Assembly: GCF_001194135.2 (NCBI RefSeq)
Contig: NC_068989.1
Span: 49,675,420 to 49,726,855 of the forward strand
DNA: 51,436 bases
Direction: 5' to 3'
DNA from: Octopus bimaculoides
Lineage: Eukaryota
Position numbers and translations under genes: made by a program
In this document: positions 11,052 to 24,600 of the stretch, piece after piece
Position numbering within the stretch: position 1 is the first letter of the stretch
Layout of the letters: each line of letters begins with the position of its first letter
Notes under the pieces: generated by a model
What the model was told of the DNA's origin: nothing
What the model saw: only the letters and a program-made list of their open reading frames with translations
The model's database searches: none

Positions 11052-12028
11052 AAAAAAAAAAAAGAAGAAATTTAATTTTGTGACACTGTGTTAAGAGCTG
11101 AATGAAGTATCTTTTTGCTTGAAAGAGAAGGGTCATTCATTGGGAAGCAATCCTACGTCAAGGACATGCTTTTGCTGGGGGAAGGTCCTTGGTGATATTG
11201 AGACCCAGTTATTGGAATGATTTTGTGGGTTCTAGATGAAGATGATTAAGTGGGGTGTGATGTGATAATAGTTTCCTGATTTCCTGATATGAGTTTCATT
11301 TATAGTTTCTGGCACTATTGAATGAGACAAGATTAACATGTATCCTCACTGGAGGATTTCAAAGAGGAAGCAATAAATAAATAGATAAATAGTTAGACAG
11401 AGAGGTAGACAGCTAGCTAGCTAGATAGATAGAGAGATAATAAATAGATAACAGATAGATAGATAGTTAGATAGATAGATAGAAAGATAGGGATAGCAAA
11501 CATTGATGGAGGAGTTAATTGGATATATTTGATAAATTGTTGATCAGAAGCACAATGCTAAAAAGGAAGGGAGATATTACAAGGAAGTCTTTTATTTATC
11601 ACTGAGGAAACAATGAATGATGTGACTGATTGAGTAAATCATTCAACAAAGGGAGGACGAAATTAGTTGAAAGAAGACACTCATTTATTCAACAGAAAAC
11701 TATATAAATCAGGCTATAACACTGTACTACTTTCACATCAAAAAGAACGCTAATGAGTTGTAGCCCTTTGCTTGCCTCAGTTTCCTTGATGACAAATAAT
11801 GTTAGTATTAGCTTATAACTGAGTGGTATGCAGTAATGGAAGCTGTGTAGTTTAGAAATATAAAATTTCACAAACATCAATGTTATCATCATCATATCAT
11901 CTTCTTTTCTCCTCCTCTTCCTCCCCCTCCCTCCCTTCTCTACTCCCTCCCCTACTCAAAGACACACACTTCTCCTCCCCTACACAAAGACACATAAACA
12001 TATACATGTATATATATATACATATATA

Positions 12029-12192
12029 TGACGGGCTTCTTTAAGTTTCCATCTACGAAATCTACTCACAAGGCCTTTGGTTGGCCTGAAGCTATAGTAA
12101 AAGACACTTGCCAAGTTGCCATACAGTGGGACTGAATCTGGAACCATATGGTTGGGAAGCAAGCTTCTTACCACAAAGCCACGTCTGCACCT
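12029..12192 (-). mobile_element. SINE-B head
   Basis: Reverse complement gcagacgtggctttgtggtaagaagcttgcttcccaaccatatggttccagattcagtcccactg.. Confidence 0.85.
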
Positions 12193-12223
12193 TATATATA
12201 TGTGTGTGTGTGTATGTGTATGC

Positions 12224-12261
<38 letters not shown>

Positions 12262-12557
12262 ATATATATGTATAAGTATACACACACACACACACACACA
12301 CATGTCTAGCTCTCACTCTCTAATCCTGTCCTCACAGCTCTGTTTCTCTGTATCATTACTATCCAGTAGCACCCTGACTCTATATATACTCAGGTTTTTG
12401 CCACCTCCCCCTCTGCACTCTTTAATCACACTTCCTTTGCAATATCCTGCCACTTATATTATGGCATTTTGAACCTCAAGGATCTGCCCTGGTACTTGCC
12501 ACCAACTATATCTCTCTCTTCCTTTACTCATGCATCCCATTTATATTCTGATCCCCG

Positions 12558-13048
<491 letters not shown>

Positions 13049-13193
13049 TCTCTTGTGAGTAAGCCTGGCATTTTGCCACCATCTCTATCCTGCTGTCTCC
13101 CATTCTCTCTCTCCTCCTGCACTTCCCTCAGGTTGGGTAACCATGTATTTCCTTTGTGGTAGAGCACTTGTTTTTGTTTTCATTCCTGATCTC

Positions 13194-13229
<36 letters not shown>

Positions 13230-13272
13230 CGGCTGGGTACCTTGTACTTCCTCCACAGCAAGACCTGTTTCT

Positions 13273-13503
13273 TATTTCTTTACTGCCCACAAGGGGCTAC
13301 ACACAGAGGGGACAAACAAGGACAGACAAATGGATTAAGTCGATTATATCAACCCCAGTGTGTAACTGGTACTTATTTAATTGACCTCAAATGGATGAAA
13401 GGCAAAGTTGACCTCGGCAGAATTTAAACTCAGAACATAGCAGCAGACGAAATACCGCTAAGCATTTCGCCCGGTGTGCTAATGTTTCTGCCAGCTCGCC
13501 GCC
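13273..13503 (-). mobile_element. SINE-A1
   Basis: Reverse complement of 6257-6484 with few differences. Confidence 0.9.
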
Positions 13504-13539
13504 TTTGTCTGCCAGCTCACCACAAGACACCTGTTTCTG

Positions 13540-13940
13540 TCTCTCTGTCTCACTATAACCTTTCATCATCCAACACAAGATCATCTCCTCCAATGTCCCC
13601 TACCCTCTTGAAAGTTTTTATTTTGCCTTGCAAGTACTTGGTGACCCTGTCAGTGCAGGTACCACTTAAAAGCATCCAGTCCACACTGTAAAGTGGTTGG
13701 TGTTCGGAAAGTCATCCAGCTGTAAAAACCTTAACAAAACTGACCTCACCTGTGCTTCTGCTGCATAAGAAGCACTAAGTCCACTCTGCTGAGTGGTTGG
13801 TGTTAGAAAGGCCACCCAGCTGTAAACATTCTTCCAAAACAGTCACAGAAGTCTGGTGCAGGCTTCTGCCTGGCTGGCTCTTGTGAAACTGTTCCACCCA
13901 TGCTAGCATGGAAAGTGGACGTTAAACAATGATGATGATA
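13540..13940 (+). mobile_element. LINE-type 3' end with internal duplication, ending gtggacgttaaacaatgatgatg
   Basis: Two copies of agtccac..gtggttggtgtt..ccagctgtaaa; terminus matches 43590-43615. Confidence 0.75.
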
Positions 13941-14375
13941 TGTGCACACACACACACACACNNNNNNNNNNNNNNNNNNNNNNNNNNNNNNNNNNNNNNN
14001 NNNNNNNNNNNNNNNNNNNNNNNNNNNNNNNNNNNNNNNNNNNNNNNNNNNNNNNNNNNNNNNNNNNNNNNNNNNNNNNNNNNNNNNNNNNNNNNNNNNN
14101 NNNNNNNNNNNNNNNNNNNNNNNNNNNNNNNNNNNNNNNNNNNNNNNNNNNNNNNNNNNNNNNNNNNNNNNNNNNNNNNNNNNNNNNNNNNNNNNNNNNN
14201 NNNNNNNNNNNNNNNNNNNNNNNNNNNNNNNNNNNNNNNNNNNNNNNNNNNNNNNNNNNNNNNNNNNNNNNNNNNNNNNNNNNNNNNNNNNNNNNNNNNN
14301 NNNNNNNNNNNNNNNNNNNNNNNNNNNNNNNNNNNNNNNNNNNNNNNNNNNNNNNNNNNNNNNNNNNNNNNNNNN

Positions 14376-14414
<39 letters not shown>

Positions 14415-14470
14415 TCGTCATCATCATCATCATCATCATCATCATTGAATGTCCACTTTTTCATGTTTGC
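14376..14470 (-). repeat. (CGT)n(CAT)n tail plus last bases of a LINE-type 3' end
   Basis: catcattgaatgtccacttttcatg is the reverse complement of the shared terminus. Confidence 0.7.
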
Positions 14471-14742
14471 ATGGCTCTAAAGGAGATCTTTGAGATCTTT
14501 TGCCAACCCTCACCTGTTTCTAAGTAAAGCTATATTTCCCTGTGCAAGACATAATCTGGCAGAATATTAGCAATGAATGACACTGCTTGTATGACAGTGA
14601 CACTCCTTTACAACTATCATGCATTATCAAGACTAGGAGACACAAGTGTGCACACACACACACACACACAAGCCCACACACACATGTCCATGCACACACA
14701 CACACACATGCACATACACATATACATACACACACATACACA

Positions 14743-14901
14743 ATGGGCTTCTTTCAGTTTCCATCTACTAAATCCGCTTACAAAGCATTGGTCAGGTCAG
14801 AGCTATAGTAGAAGACACTTGCTTGTACTATGCTGTGGGACTGCACCCAGGGCCAAGTAGTTGGGAAGCAAATTTCTTACTACGCAGCTGCACCTGCATC
14901 T
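14743..14901 (-). mobile_element. SINE-B head
   Basis: Reverse complement of the head consensus. Confidence 0.8.
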
Positions 14902-15307
14902 CTATTATAGTTTTATAGAGAAGAGGTAAGTTACATGAGCAAACGAAACACTCAGCCAATGGTTTTGTGGTCATTCTGTCTTCATTGTGAGATATGCTTT
15001 CTTTGTATTTCAAACTTAAAACATGGTCCTTATTTTAAAGGAAGAGGCAGTTTCATTGAATGGGATTTGTAGTTCTTCTCATTCTTAGACTTTCCTTCAT
15101 AAACTGAAATTAATTAAAGTTAATGTTGATGTTATTGTATATCCTCAAGTCCTCTCTGATTGATCAGAACCATGGCGTGCATGGAGTTAATTGAAAAACA
15201 AAGTTGTAATCCACACATGTATAATGTTCCAGATGTTTGTTCATATGTAATGTATCGAGTATCTACCTAGCAGTGAACCCTGCTGCATATTCCAGCGTAT
15301 GTTGGTT

Positions 15308-15463
15308 AATAATTTTTCCTACTAAAGGCACAAGATCTGAAATTTGGTGGGAAGAGGAATAATCAATTATATTGACTCCAGTGCTGAACTGGTACTTACT
15401 TTATTGACCCTGAAAGGATGAAAGGAAAAGTTGACCTTGGTGGAATTTGAACTCAGAATGTAA
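15308..15463 (-). mobile_element. SINE-A2, 5'-truncated
   Basis: gagttcaaattccaccaaggtcaacttttcctttcatcctttc on the minus strand; tail ..tgtgcctttagtaggaaaaattatt. Confidence 0.75.
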
Positions 15464-15467
15464 AGAT

Positions 15468-15628
15468 AGGCACAGGCGTAGCAGTGTGGTAAGAAGTTTG
15501 CTTCCCAACCACATGGTTCCAGGTTCAGTCCCACTGCATGGCACCTTGGGCAAGTGTCTTCTACTATAGCCTTGGACTGACCAAAGCCTTGTGAGTGGAT
15601 TTGATAGACAAAAACTGAAAAAAGTTTG

Positions 15629-15660
<32 letters not shown>

Positions 15661-15926
15661 GCTAGGATGGAAAACGAACCTTACAGGATGATGCTGATGC
15701 TGATTATGATGATGTTTTTGTGTCAACGTCTTTCCCCCACCACCACTTGTCAGCAGGTGTTGGTGCGTTTACGTGCCCTTAACTTAGTAGTTCGGTAAAA
15801 GACACCAATATAATTAGTACCAAACTTAAAAAAGAAAATAAGTACCAGGGTCAATTAGTTTGGCTAAAATTCCTCAAGGTAGTGCCCCAGGAGGGCCACA
15901 GTCTAATGATTGAAACATGTAAAAGA
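15468..15926 (+). mobile_element. SINE-B, full length, older tail
   Basis: aggcacaggcgtagcagtgtggtaag..ggttcagtccc head; (TA)n; degenerate tail. Confidence 0.85.
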
Positions 15927-16214
15927 TAGAACACAAAAGATGGGCAAAATGCTGCTGTGCATTTGATTCTGTCAGTTTGGCACCTCTACTGTGGTTAATA
16001 ATATGGGTTGGAATTTGGTTATGTAATGTTTTATTTAATGTCCAATTTTTTTTGTACCTGTTGTTGTTATCATTTACCTTTTGCTCCCAGATAAACTCTG
16101 ATGAAGTAGACTTATAACCCTATCTGTGTCCCAAACATAGCATAGTAAAACCATATTATTCAATGCCTTGTGTACTTTCTTTAATTTTTTTCTTTATGAT
16201 TCCAGCCTATCCAA

Positions 16215-16410
16215 GATAACAAAAAGCAAATTTCTTTTTTAAAATTGATCTAAATTAAAATCCTCCTTCAAAATTTCATTCAAGGTATATTCCCAACACC
16301 AGCTTCATAATGACAAAGTCATTTTACTAAATTCTTTGTTATTTTTCAAAATTAATTGAAACAACGGCAGTGAATTTCAACAAAGAATGTTAAAAAGATT
16401 CGTTAATATA
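16215..16410. mobile_element. probable piggyBac-type MITE remnant
   Basis: Ends ..aaaagattcgttaa; internal sequence recalled as a common octopus MITE; not verifiable in-window. Confidence 0.3.
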
Positions 16411-16576
16411 GCATGCAATGAGAAGGTACCTCGGCTGCTGTTTCTTGCAGGTTGAATGACTACATAAAACCTTTCTCATTGATTTACTCTCTCCACTGCT
16501 GAGTTTGTTTCATATGTTTGTTGTGTGTGTGTAGATTATAAAAATGATCACAGAGGAGACAGGTAAGGAGATAAGG

Positions 16577-16779
16577 TAAGTTCCTGACTTTAAGGGTATC
16601 ATGAAAGGCCTGGTTGGAGGCCTAACCTTCTGTGTTCTTTTACAGGACTTAGAAAAACTGAAGAACTGCTCCAATAAGTGGGTGAATCTGAGAGGGGAAT
16701 ATGTTGAATAGAATCATAATTAACTGATTTTCCTGTATTTTCTTTTACACAAAGTTAGGAACTTTTCTGCACCTCCTTG
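16577..16779 (+). mobile_element. mariner-derived MITE, left end decayed
   Basis: Right TIR aggaacttttctgcacctccttg+TA; internal gacttagaaaaactgaag..aataagtgggtgaatctgagaggggaatatgttgaatag encodes a mariner C-terminus; homologous to 17520-17724. Confidence 0.7.
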
Positions 16780-16788
16780 TATATTATT

Positions 16789-16820
<32 letters not shown>

Positions 16821-16821
16821 A

Positions 16822-16938
16822 ATTTTTTTGTAGAACATAAAAGTTTCATTTGTCAGTACTTTGTATCCACTGTAAGCACGATTTCGTTTTTGGATGTAAA
16901 GTACTGACAACTGAAATTTTTATCTTTTACAAAAAATT
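16822..16938. repeat. imperfect inverted repeat (about 48-bp arms, 21-bp spacer) next to (TA)n
   Basis: tttttgtagaacataaaagtttcatttgtcagtactttgtatcca vs tggatgtaaagtactgacaactgaaattttatcttttacaaaaaa. Confidence 0.85.
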
Positions 16939-17020
16939 TTTTATTACTCCTTAGCTCATAAACGAGCAAAAAAAAACAGTTGTACTATACATGGAGTATT
17001 GATTGCATTAAAAATTATCT

Positions 17021-17055
<35 letters not shown>

Positions 17056-17423
17056 NNNNNNNNNNNNNNNNNNNNNNNNNNNNNNNNNNNNNNNNNNNNN
17101 NNNNNNNNNNNNNNNNNNNNNNNNNNNNNNNNNNNNNNNNNNNNNNNNNNNNNNNNNNNNNNNNNNNNNNNNNNNNNNNNNNNNNNNNNNNNNNNNNNNN
17201 NNNNNNNNNNNNNNNNNNNNNNNNNNNNNNNNNNNNNNNNNNNNNNNNNNNNNNNNNNNNNNNNNNNNNNNNNNNNNNNNNNNNNNNNNNNNNNNNNNNN
17301 NNNNNNNNNNNNNNNNNNNNNNNNNNNNNNNNNNNNNNNNNNNNNNNNNNNNNNNNNNNNNNNNNNNNNNNNNNNNNNNNNNNNNNNNNNNNNNNNNNNN
17401 NNNNNNNNNNNNNNNNNNNNNNN

Positions 17424-17456
17424 CATGAGCCTGGTTAGGCTTTAAAAGGTCGCATA

Positions 17457-17487
<31 letters not shown>

Positions 17488-17490
17488 TAT
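17424..17490 (+). mobile_element. 3' tail of a SINE-C variant with (TAA)n
   Basis: catgagcctggttaggctttaaaaggtcgcat matches the reverse complement of 50163-50192. Confidence 0.65.
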
Positions 17491-17519
17491 ACATATATAT
17501 ATATACACATGCACACACA

Positions 17520-17724
17520 TGAGGTGGTGCTGAAAAGTTCCTAGGTTTAAGAGTGTCATGAAAGGAGTGGTTGGGGGCCAAAAATTACATAGTTCATTTA
17601 CTGGGCTTAGGAAAACTGAAGGACCACTGCAATAAGTGTGTGAATCTGAGAGAGGAATATATTTAACTGACCCTCCTGTATTTTCTTTTACCCAAAACCA
17701 GGAACTTTTCAGCCCTCCCCTCTG
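17520..17724 (+). mobile_element. mariner-derived MITE (about 205 bp) with both TIRs
   Basis: tgaggtggtgctgaaaagttcctagg / ccaggaacttttcagccctcccctctg+TA. Confidence 0.8.
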
Positions 17725-17822
17725 TACACCGTACATCTATCATTAGCGGTATGTTCCCACCACAATATTTGGGGCTAAAGAGAAGCTATTGAACGTACTG
17801 ATATTTTGTATCATTTATTTTT

Positions 17823-18020
17823 TTTATCTCTAACTTGTTTCAGTCATTAGACTGTGACCATGCTGGGGCACCACCTTGAAGAATTTTAGCTGAAATTATT
17901 GAGCCCAGTACTTATTATGTTTTTGTAAAGCCTGGTATTTATTCTGTTGGTCTCTTCTGGCAAAGTGCTAAGTTACACGGATGTAAATACACAGTTGTCA
18001 GTTGGCGGTGGGGGACAAAC
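17823..18020 (-). mobile_element. SINE-B tail
   Basis: cttgtttcagtcattagactgtgaccatgctggggcaccacc.. Confidence 0.75.
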
Positions 18021-18054
18021 ACAAACAGACACACATGCATGCACACATGCACGT

Positions 18055-18089
<35 letters not shown>

Positions 18090-18092
18090 GAT

Positions 18093-18323
18093 GGCGGCGA
18101 GCTGGCAGAAATGTTAGTACGCCGGGCGAAATGCTTAGCGGTATTTCGTTTGCTGCTACGTTCTGAGTTCAAATTCCGCCAAGGTCAACTTTGCCTTTCA
18201 TCCTTTCGGGGTCGATTAAATAAGTACCTGTTACGCACTGAGGTCGATATAATCGACTTAATCTGTTTGTCTGTCCTTGTTTGTCCCCTCTGTGTGTAGC
18301 CCCTTGTGGGCAGTAAAGAAATA
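18093..18323 (+). mobile_element. SINE-A1
   Basis: Near-identical to 6257-6484. Confidence 0.9.
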
Positions 18324-18599
18324 ACACACACACAAACATGATGGGCTTTCAGCTTTGGTTAGCCTAAGGCTATAGTTGAAGACACTTGCCAAGGTGCCAT
18401 GCAGTGGGACTGAATCTAGAATTATATAGTTGGGAAGAATATGCATGTGTTCTTTATATTTTGTATAGGGTGAATGGGAGAAATAGGATCGTTGTGGAAC
18501 TCCAGATCAGTCTCAGTCAAGTTGCTTCATGGCACACAGTCGGTTGGCTTAGCAACAAGGTGCAAGTTACAGGGATAGCATTGTAGTGGTGTTTATGAT

Positions 18600-19660
18600 T
18601 TAGAGGCTTCAACTGGTCATTTGACATGCAATACCTTATATTTTATTGACTTGCAATATCTAATGACTCCTAATATCTCTAAAGTTGTAGAAATAGCCAT
18701 TAGTAATCATATATTTCAATACCTATCCCTTTCTGTCTCTCTCCCTCTTTATTGACCATCAACACAGATTCCATAAAACCAAATCTGTTGGTAATCTACT
18801 TTCCTTTGTCACTCAGTTGTGGATTCTTGCCTTGAAGTACTTTGGGGAAAGAAATATTGTCATGCTTGACAAAGCTTTTGACTGTGTCTAGCATGCAAAC
18901 CTCCTATCCATAGATGTCAACCAGCTTTCATCTCTTGGATCAGTAGCTTCCTATCAGGTTGCATCATTCGTAGACCTCTTTCTACCCCTCATTCTATCAA
19001 CTCTGATTTGTCTTACACTCTCTTCCTTCTCTTCATAACCAGAGAAGCCACCTAACTTATTGATCTAAAATCAGCCGCATACAGACTCTTGCCTCTGGTC
19101 ATCAGGCATATTGTCTCCTCTCTCTGCCTTTTCTACTGCAACTATAATGGACTCTGCTTGTCATCTCAAAACTTCTCACCTTAGCTCATTTTATTTCCAC
19201 TCTGACAGTCATACATCATTCATATGTCAATCTTATTTCTTTAAAAAGGACAAAAATACTCATCAAGAAAATATCTTTGCAGCACACTCCACCTCATCAT
19301 GAGCAGCACTCAGCTAGTTGGCTTGCACTCTCACTGAAGATCTCAAAAACACATCCTTAATCTACATAGGACTACATCTCAACAACCAGTCCTTTTCTTT
19401 AGGGCTAGGAGATACTTCAGCCCCCAATAATTATTGGTATTTCACAAGCCCACCATAAAATATTGCTCTACCCACTTGTCTTTCCTCCTCTGATCACTTT
19501 AGTTGTGTGCAACTCCACCAGCCTCTGCACTGATAACCTGATAACTATACCCAGTCCTTTCTTTCTTGACCATTGGCCCTCTGGAATTACCTCTCTGCTC
19601 ATATTTTTCCTGCTGGTGTTCGTTTACAAATATTCAAGAGGAACATTATTGGCATCAATG
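18600..19660 (+). mobile_element. decayed, internally deleted CR1/Jockey-group LINE
   Basis: ..LSFVTQLW..LDKAFDCV*H.. (RT), CLFYCNYNGLC and ALWNYLSAHIFP..LQIFKRNI (C-terminus). Confidence 0.65.
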
Positions 19661-19804
19661 TCACTGGTCCAGAAGGAACTGTGAAGGGTACAGGCATTGC
19701 CCTTTCTTCCAGACCCAGCAAATAAAGAAATAAATAGCAGCCAATCTCCTTCGTATTTTATCCTACTGTCTTCAAGAAAATACTGGATAACCAAAGCTCA
19801 GAAA

Positions 19805-20013
19805 TAATCCTTTTTACTAAAGGCACAATGACTGAAATTTTGTGGGAAAGAACTAGTCATTTACATCAACCCCAGTGTTTCACTGCTACTTAATTTATTG
19901 ACCCTGAAAGGATGAAATATAAAGTTGACCTTTGCAGAATTTGAACTCAGAACATAGCGACGGGCGAAATACCACTAAGCATTTTGTCCAGTATGCTAAC
20001 AATTCTGCCAGCT
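19805..20013 (-). mobile_element. SINE-A2
   Basis: aagctggcagaattgttagc..gagttcaaattctgcaaaggtcaacttt on the minus strand. Confidence 0.8.
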
Positions 20014-21289
20014 TGAAAATATCGTAGTATATATGAAAACAAAAAAGGTAGTCATGGCTGGAATGGCTGAAAAACACTAGCTGTTTGATCTAGTTGTTGT
20101 TTAGTCCCAGATCCATCTGAGTCAAGTAGACTTATGATCAGAGGTGTGATCTTCTGAGATCAGATGTGGTCATCTCATCTTTTCCCAGTGTAAAAGGAAC
20201 ACATGAAGCAAGTGCCCTTTTTCTGAGAGGGTGCAGTGTAATTAGAAGAAGATTTGACAGCTATTTCTTGCATCTCAAGCAACCACGTAGAGGCACTCAC
20301 ATTGGCATGATAATTTATTATCTCATTATGAATATTATTGGTAAGAGGAAGGACATTTTAATATTTTGAGACATTTCCTTCGTTAAATATGACAAACTTG
20401 ATAGATAATTAGATAATCCTTTTTTATAGACCATAAACATTTTGATTGATTTTTTCCAAATAGACACACATTTAACTATGATACACCAAAATGTATGTGT
20501 GTATGCATGTGAATGTGTATGCATGTGTGTGTGTGTGTGTAGCATTTGCCAACAAATACCAACATGATAGAAGGATCAGCGATAGTTATTATCAAGGGAT
20601 TAATTTGTCAAATAAATAATTAAGTCGTTTATCTATTCCTCGTTAAATCAGTTTCAAACTTGAAAACATTTATTTCATATATTTGACAAAGCAGTGATAT
20701 AAATCCATCCAGGATTATCTGTGTATTTTTTTTTTTTTACTAGATGTTCGTTTTTTACCAATTTTAATGACAACTATTCATTCTCATCTGTATACTGGAC
20801 GTAATTTAATATGAATGAATCACATCCGGTCTACTAAATCATATGGGAACACTAAATATGGGATCTGTTTTCACATGATTGTCTTCTGATGTAAAAGCTG
20901 ACAGCTGTCAATGGTTGTTTTGTTCTTTTTATTTTCAAAGATATATTTACTGTTTGGCAAGTGACTTGATCTAAGATCAATCTCATACTGAAACAGAAAC
21001 AATTACAGTATAGAAGAGTTATGTAAACCTTTTATAAACACATTACATAAGCTTTCTGCTTTATTTCTTAATGGATAACCATAGGTGCACTCATGGGTGT
21101 CTGGTTCAGAAGTTTGCTTCATAATTACAATATTGGGAATTTGTCCTGCTGCGTAGGTCCTGTCAGTTGGTATCCTGTGTAGCCACGGGATGGTGATTTG
21201 ACTAATAGTTTGTGAGTAAAAACCGGTAGATGGATAATGGATAAAGAAGCAGCCTGTTTTGTGTGTGCATATATATACATACTCTTCTA

Positions 21290-21647
21290 CTTTTTTACTT
21301 GTTTCAGTCATTTGACTGCGGCCATGCTGGAGCACCGCCTTTAGTTGAGCAAATCGACTCCAGGACTTATTCTTTGTAAGCCTAGTACTTATTCTATCGG
21401 TCTCTTTTGCCAAACCAGCATTGGTTTGGACAGACACAGACACACAAACACATACACACATATATATACATATACATATATATACAATGGGCCTCTTTCA
21501 GTTTCCATCTACCAAATCCACTCACAAGGCTTTGGTCAGCCCGAGGCTACAATAGAAGACACTTGCCCAAGGTGCCATGGAGTGGGACTGAACCCAGAAC
21601 TATGTGGTTGGTAAGCAAGTTACTTACCACACACCCACTCTTGCTTC
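21290..21647 (-). mobile_element. SINE-B, near full length
   Basis: Head, (TG/TA) spacer and tail all present in reverse; middle of the tail deleted. Confidence 0.85.
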
Positions 21648-21659
21648 ACCAGATTATAT

Positions 21660-21703
<44 letters not shown>

Positions 21704-22822
21704 ACTTGGGGATGGTCATGTTGCCAGTTTAGCCAATAAAAACACACGCACTGTATATTTGGTGTTAANNNNNNNNNNNNNNNNNNNNNNNNNNNNNNNN
21801 NNNNNNNNNNNNNNNNNNNNNNNNNNNNNNNNNNNNNNNNNNNNNNNNNNNNNNNNNNNNNNNNNNNNNNNNNNNNNNNNNNNNNNNNNNNNNNNNNNNN
21901 NNNNNNNNNNNNNNNNNNNNNNNNNNNNNNNNNNNNNNNNNNNNNNNNNNNNNNNNNNNNNNNNNNNNNNNNNNNNNNNNNNNNNNNNNNNNNNNNNNNN
22001 NNNNNNNNNNNNNNNNNNNNNNNNNNNNNNNNNNNNNNNNNNNNNNNNNNNNNNNNNNNNNNNNNNNNNNNNNNNNNNNNNNNNNNNNNNNNNNNNNNNN
22101 NNNNNNNNNNNNNNNNNNNNNNNNNNNNNNNNNNNNNNNNNNNNNNNNNNNNNNNNNNNNNNNNNNNNNNNNNNNNNNNNNNNNNNNNNNNNNNNNNNNN
22201 NNNNNNNNNNNNNNNNNNNNNNNNNNNNNNNNNNNNNNNNNNNNNNNNNNNNNNNNNNNNNNNNNNNNNNNNNNNNNNNNNNNNNNNNNNNNNNNNNNNN
22301 NNNNNNNNNNNNNNNNNNNNNNNNNNNNNNNNNNNNNNNNNNNNNNNNNNNNNNNNNNNNNNNNNNNNNNNNNNNNNNNNNNNNNNNNNNNNNNNNNNNN
22401 NNNNNNNNNNNNNNNNNNNNNNNNNNNNNNNNNNNNNNNNNNNNNNNNNNNNNNNNNNNNNNNNNNNNNNNNNNNNNNNNNNNNNNNNNNNNNNNNNNNN
22501 NNNNNNNNNNNNNNNNNNNNNNNNNNNNNNNNNNNNNNNNNNNNNNNNNNNNNNNNNNNNNNNNNNNNNNNNNNNNNNNNNNNNNNNNNNNNNNNNNNNN
22601 NNNNNNNNNNNNNNNNNNNNNNNNNNNNNNNNNNNNNNNNNNNNNNNNNNNNNNNNNNNNNNNNNNNNNNNNNNNNNNNNNNNNNNNNNNNNNNNNNNNN
22701 NNNNNNNNNNNNNNNNNNNNNNNNNNNNNNNNNNNNNNNNNNNNNNNNNNNATATATATACACACACACACATATATACATATATATGTGTGTGTGCTTT
22801 CTGAAATATATACATATAAATA

Positions 22823-23678
22823 TGAGGTGGTATCAAAAAGTTCCAAGATTAGTTATGTTTAATAAAAAATAATTTATTTACAAAAGTTTTAACATCATCT
22901 CCTTTGAAATAGTCACCTTGCCACTTACCCACTTTTGGAATCCTGCGAGGAAGTCGTTTTCTGAGTTGAGGACCTTCTGCTATTCTCTCTGGATCCCAAC
23001 AACGGTGTTAAAATGGTAACCTTTGAACTGCATTTATATCTTGGGGAAGAGATGGAAGTCTATAGGTGCTAAATCTGGTGAACAGGGCTGGTGTTGAAGC
23101 AAACCATGTTGATTTTGGTGAGAAGCTCACAAATGAGGAGAACTTGGTGACAAGGTGCATTGTCATGAAGAATCCAATTCTACACACTACAAATGCTTCA
23201 AAATGTCTCAGTAGAACTCTTGATTGATGGTCTGGCCCTGGAGGGTGAATTCTTGATGCACAATACCACATTTCCAGTGGGGGGGACACTCGTGGAAGGT
23301 CTTCTAAATTACTGATTGTCTTCCAGGGACGTTCTTCTGCTTTTGAAGCACCTGTGCCACTCGAAACTTTGCGTATGACCTATTGCCACACTGCTGTAAG
23401 CTTGCCAAAGCCTGCTCAATGTCTCTGTAGCAGACTTCCCAAGTTTAATGCAAAATTTCACTTTGGCTCTTTGTTCTAATTCATGACAAAATAGCAGACT
23501 ATAGCGTACATATAATCACAAAAACACAAATTTCATAATTTGCAAAGTAAAATCAGTCATATTACTCAGCACACTGCCTCATGAAGGTCACTGTTAGCTC
23601 TTGCTGCAAACACCATCTGTGTGCTGCCATCTGTTAGTGCTACAATACTATTCAGGGGAACTTTTTGATACCACCTCA
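22823..23678 (-). mobile_element. mariner (DD34D-type) internal-deletion derivative with perfect TIRs
   Basis: tatgaggtggtatcaaaaagttcc (22821-22844) is the exact reverse complement of 23657-23680, TA included. Remnants CIKLGKSATETL, GIVHQEF..QTINQEFY*, HDNAPCH, PDLAPIDF with stops. Confidence 0.92.
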
Positions 23679-23684
23679 TATATA

Positions 23685-24180
<496 letters not shown>

Positions 24181-24186
<6 letters not shown>

Positions 24187-24600
24187 CACACGCTAATACA
24201 CAACCTATGTTATATTCCCCACTCATGTTTATACAATGACAGGGGCAAAACTAGCTGGTATACAGCACTTACTCGATATTAACCCTTACCGAGTTCTCAT
24301 ACTGGATATATGCGACGCAGTAAATATTCTCTGCAGACATATTCCTGGAATTAGCATGCCGAAACGAAGACTTTTGAATTTTACCATTAAGCTGTAATTA
24401 GCAGAACCATATACACGCGCATCTATGGCGGTGGGCAACTTTGTATGGGTTTCTGATGATTATGGTTGCATTACAAATCAGGCTGAAGAGAAATAGACAG
24501 TCGGTAAGATTGTTAAATTTTGAAACCGGTCCCTGTTTAATAATGTTCCTTTTTCGGTGATTTTAAATGTCTTGCCTGCTTACGTTTTGGTATCACGCTA
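24181..24600. promoter_or_regulatory. CpG-enriched unique patch, candidate bidirectional promoter with first exons
   Basis: 15 CpG counted in 420 bp versus about 1 in 361-1140; minus-strand donor CTCG|gtaagg at 24290 and plus-strand donor GTCG|gtaaga at 24503 point away from each other. Confidence 0.4.

Noticed and set aside
16095-16150. CTGATGAAG..AAAC hammerhead-like string
   Set aside because: No GAAA and no convincing stems I-III.
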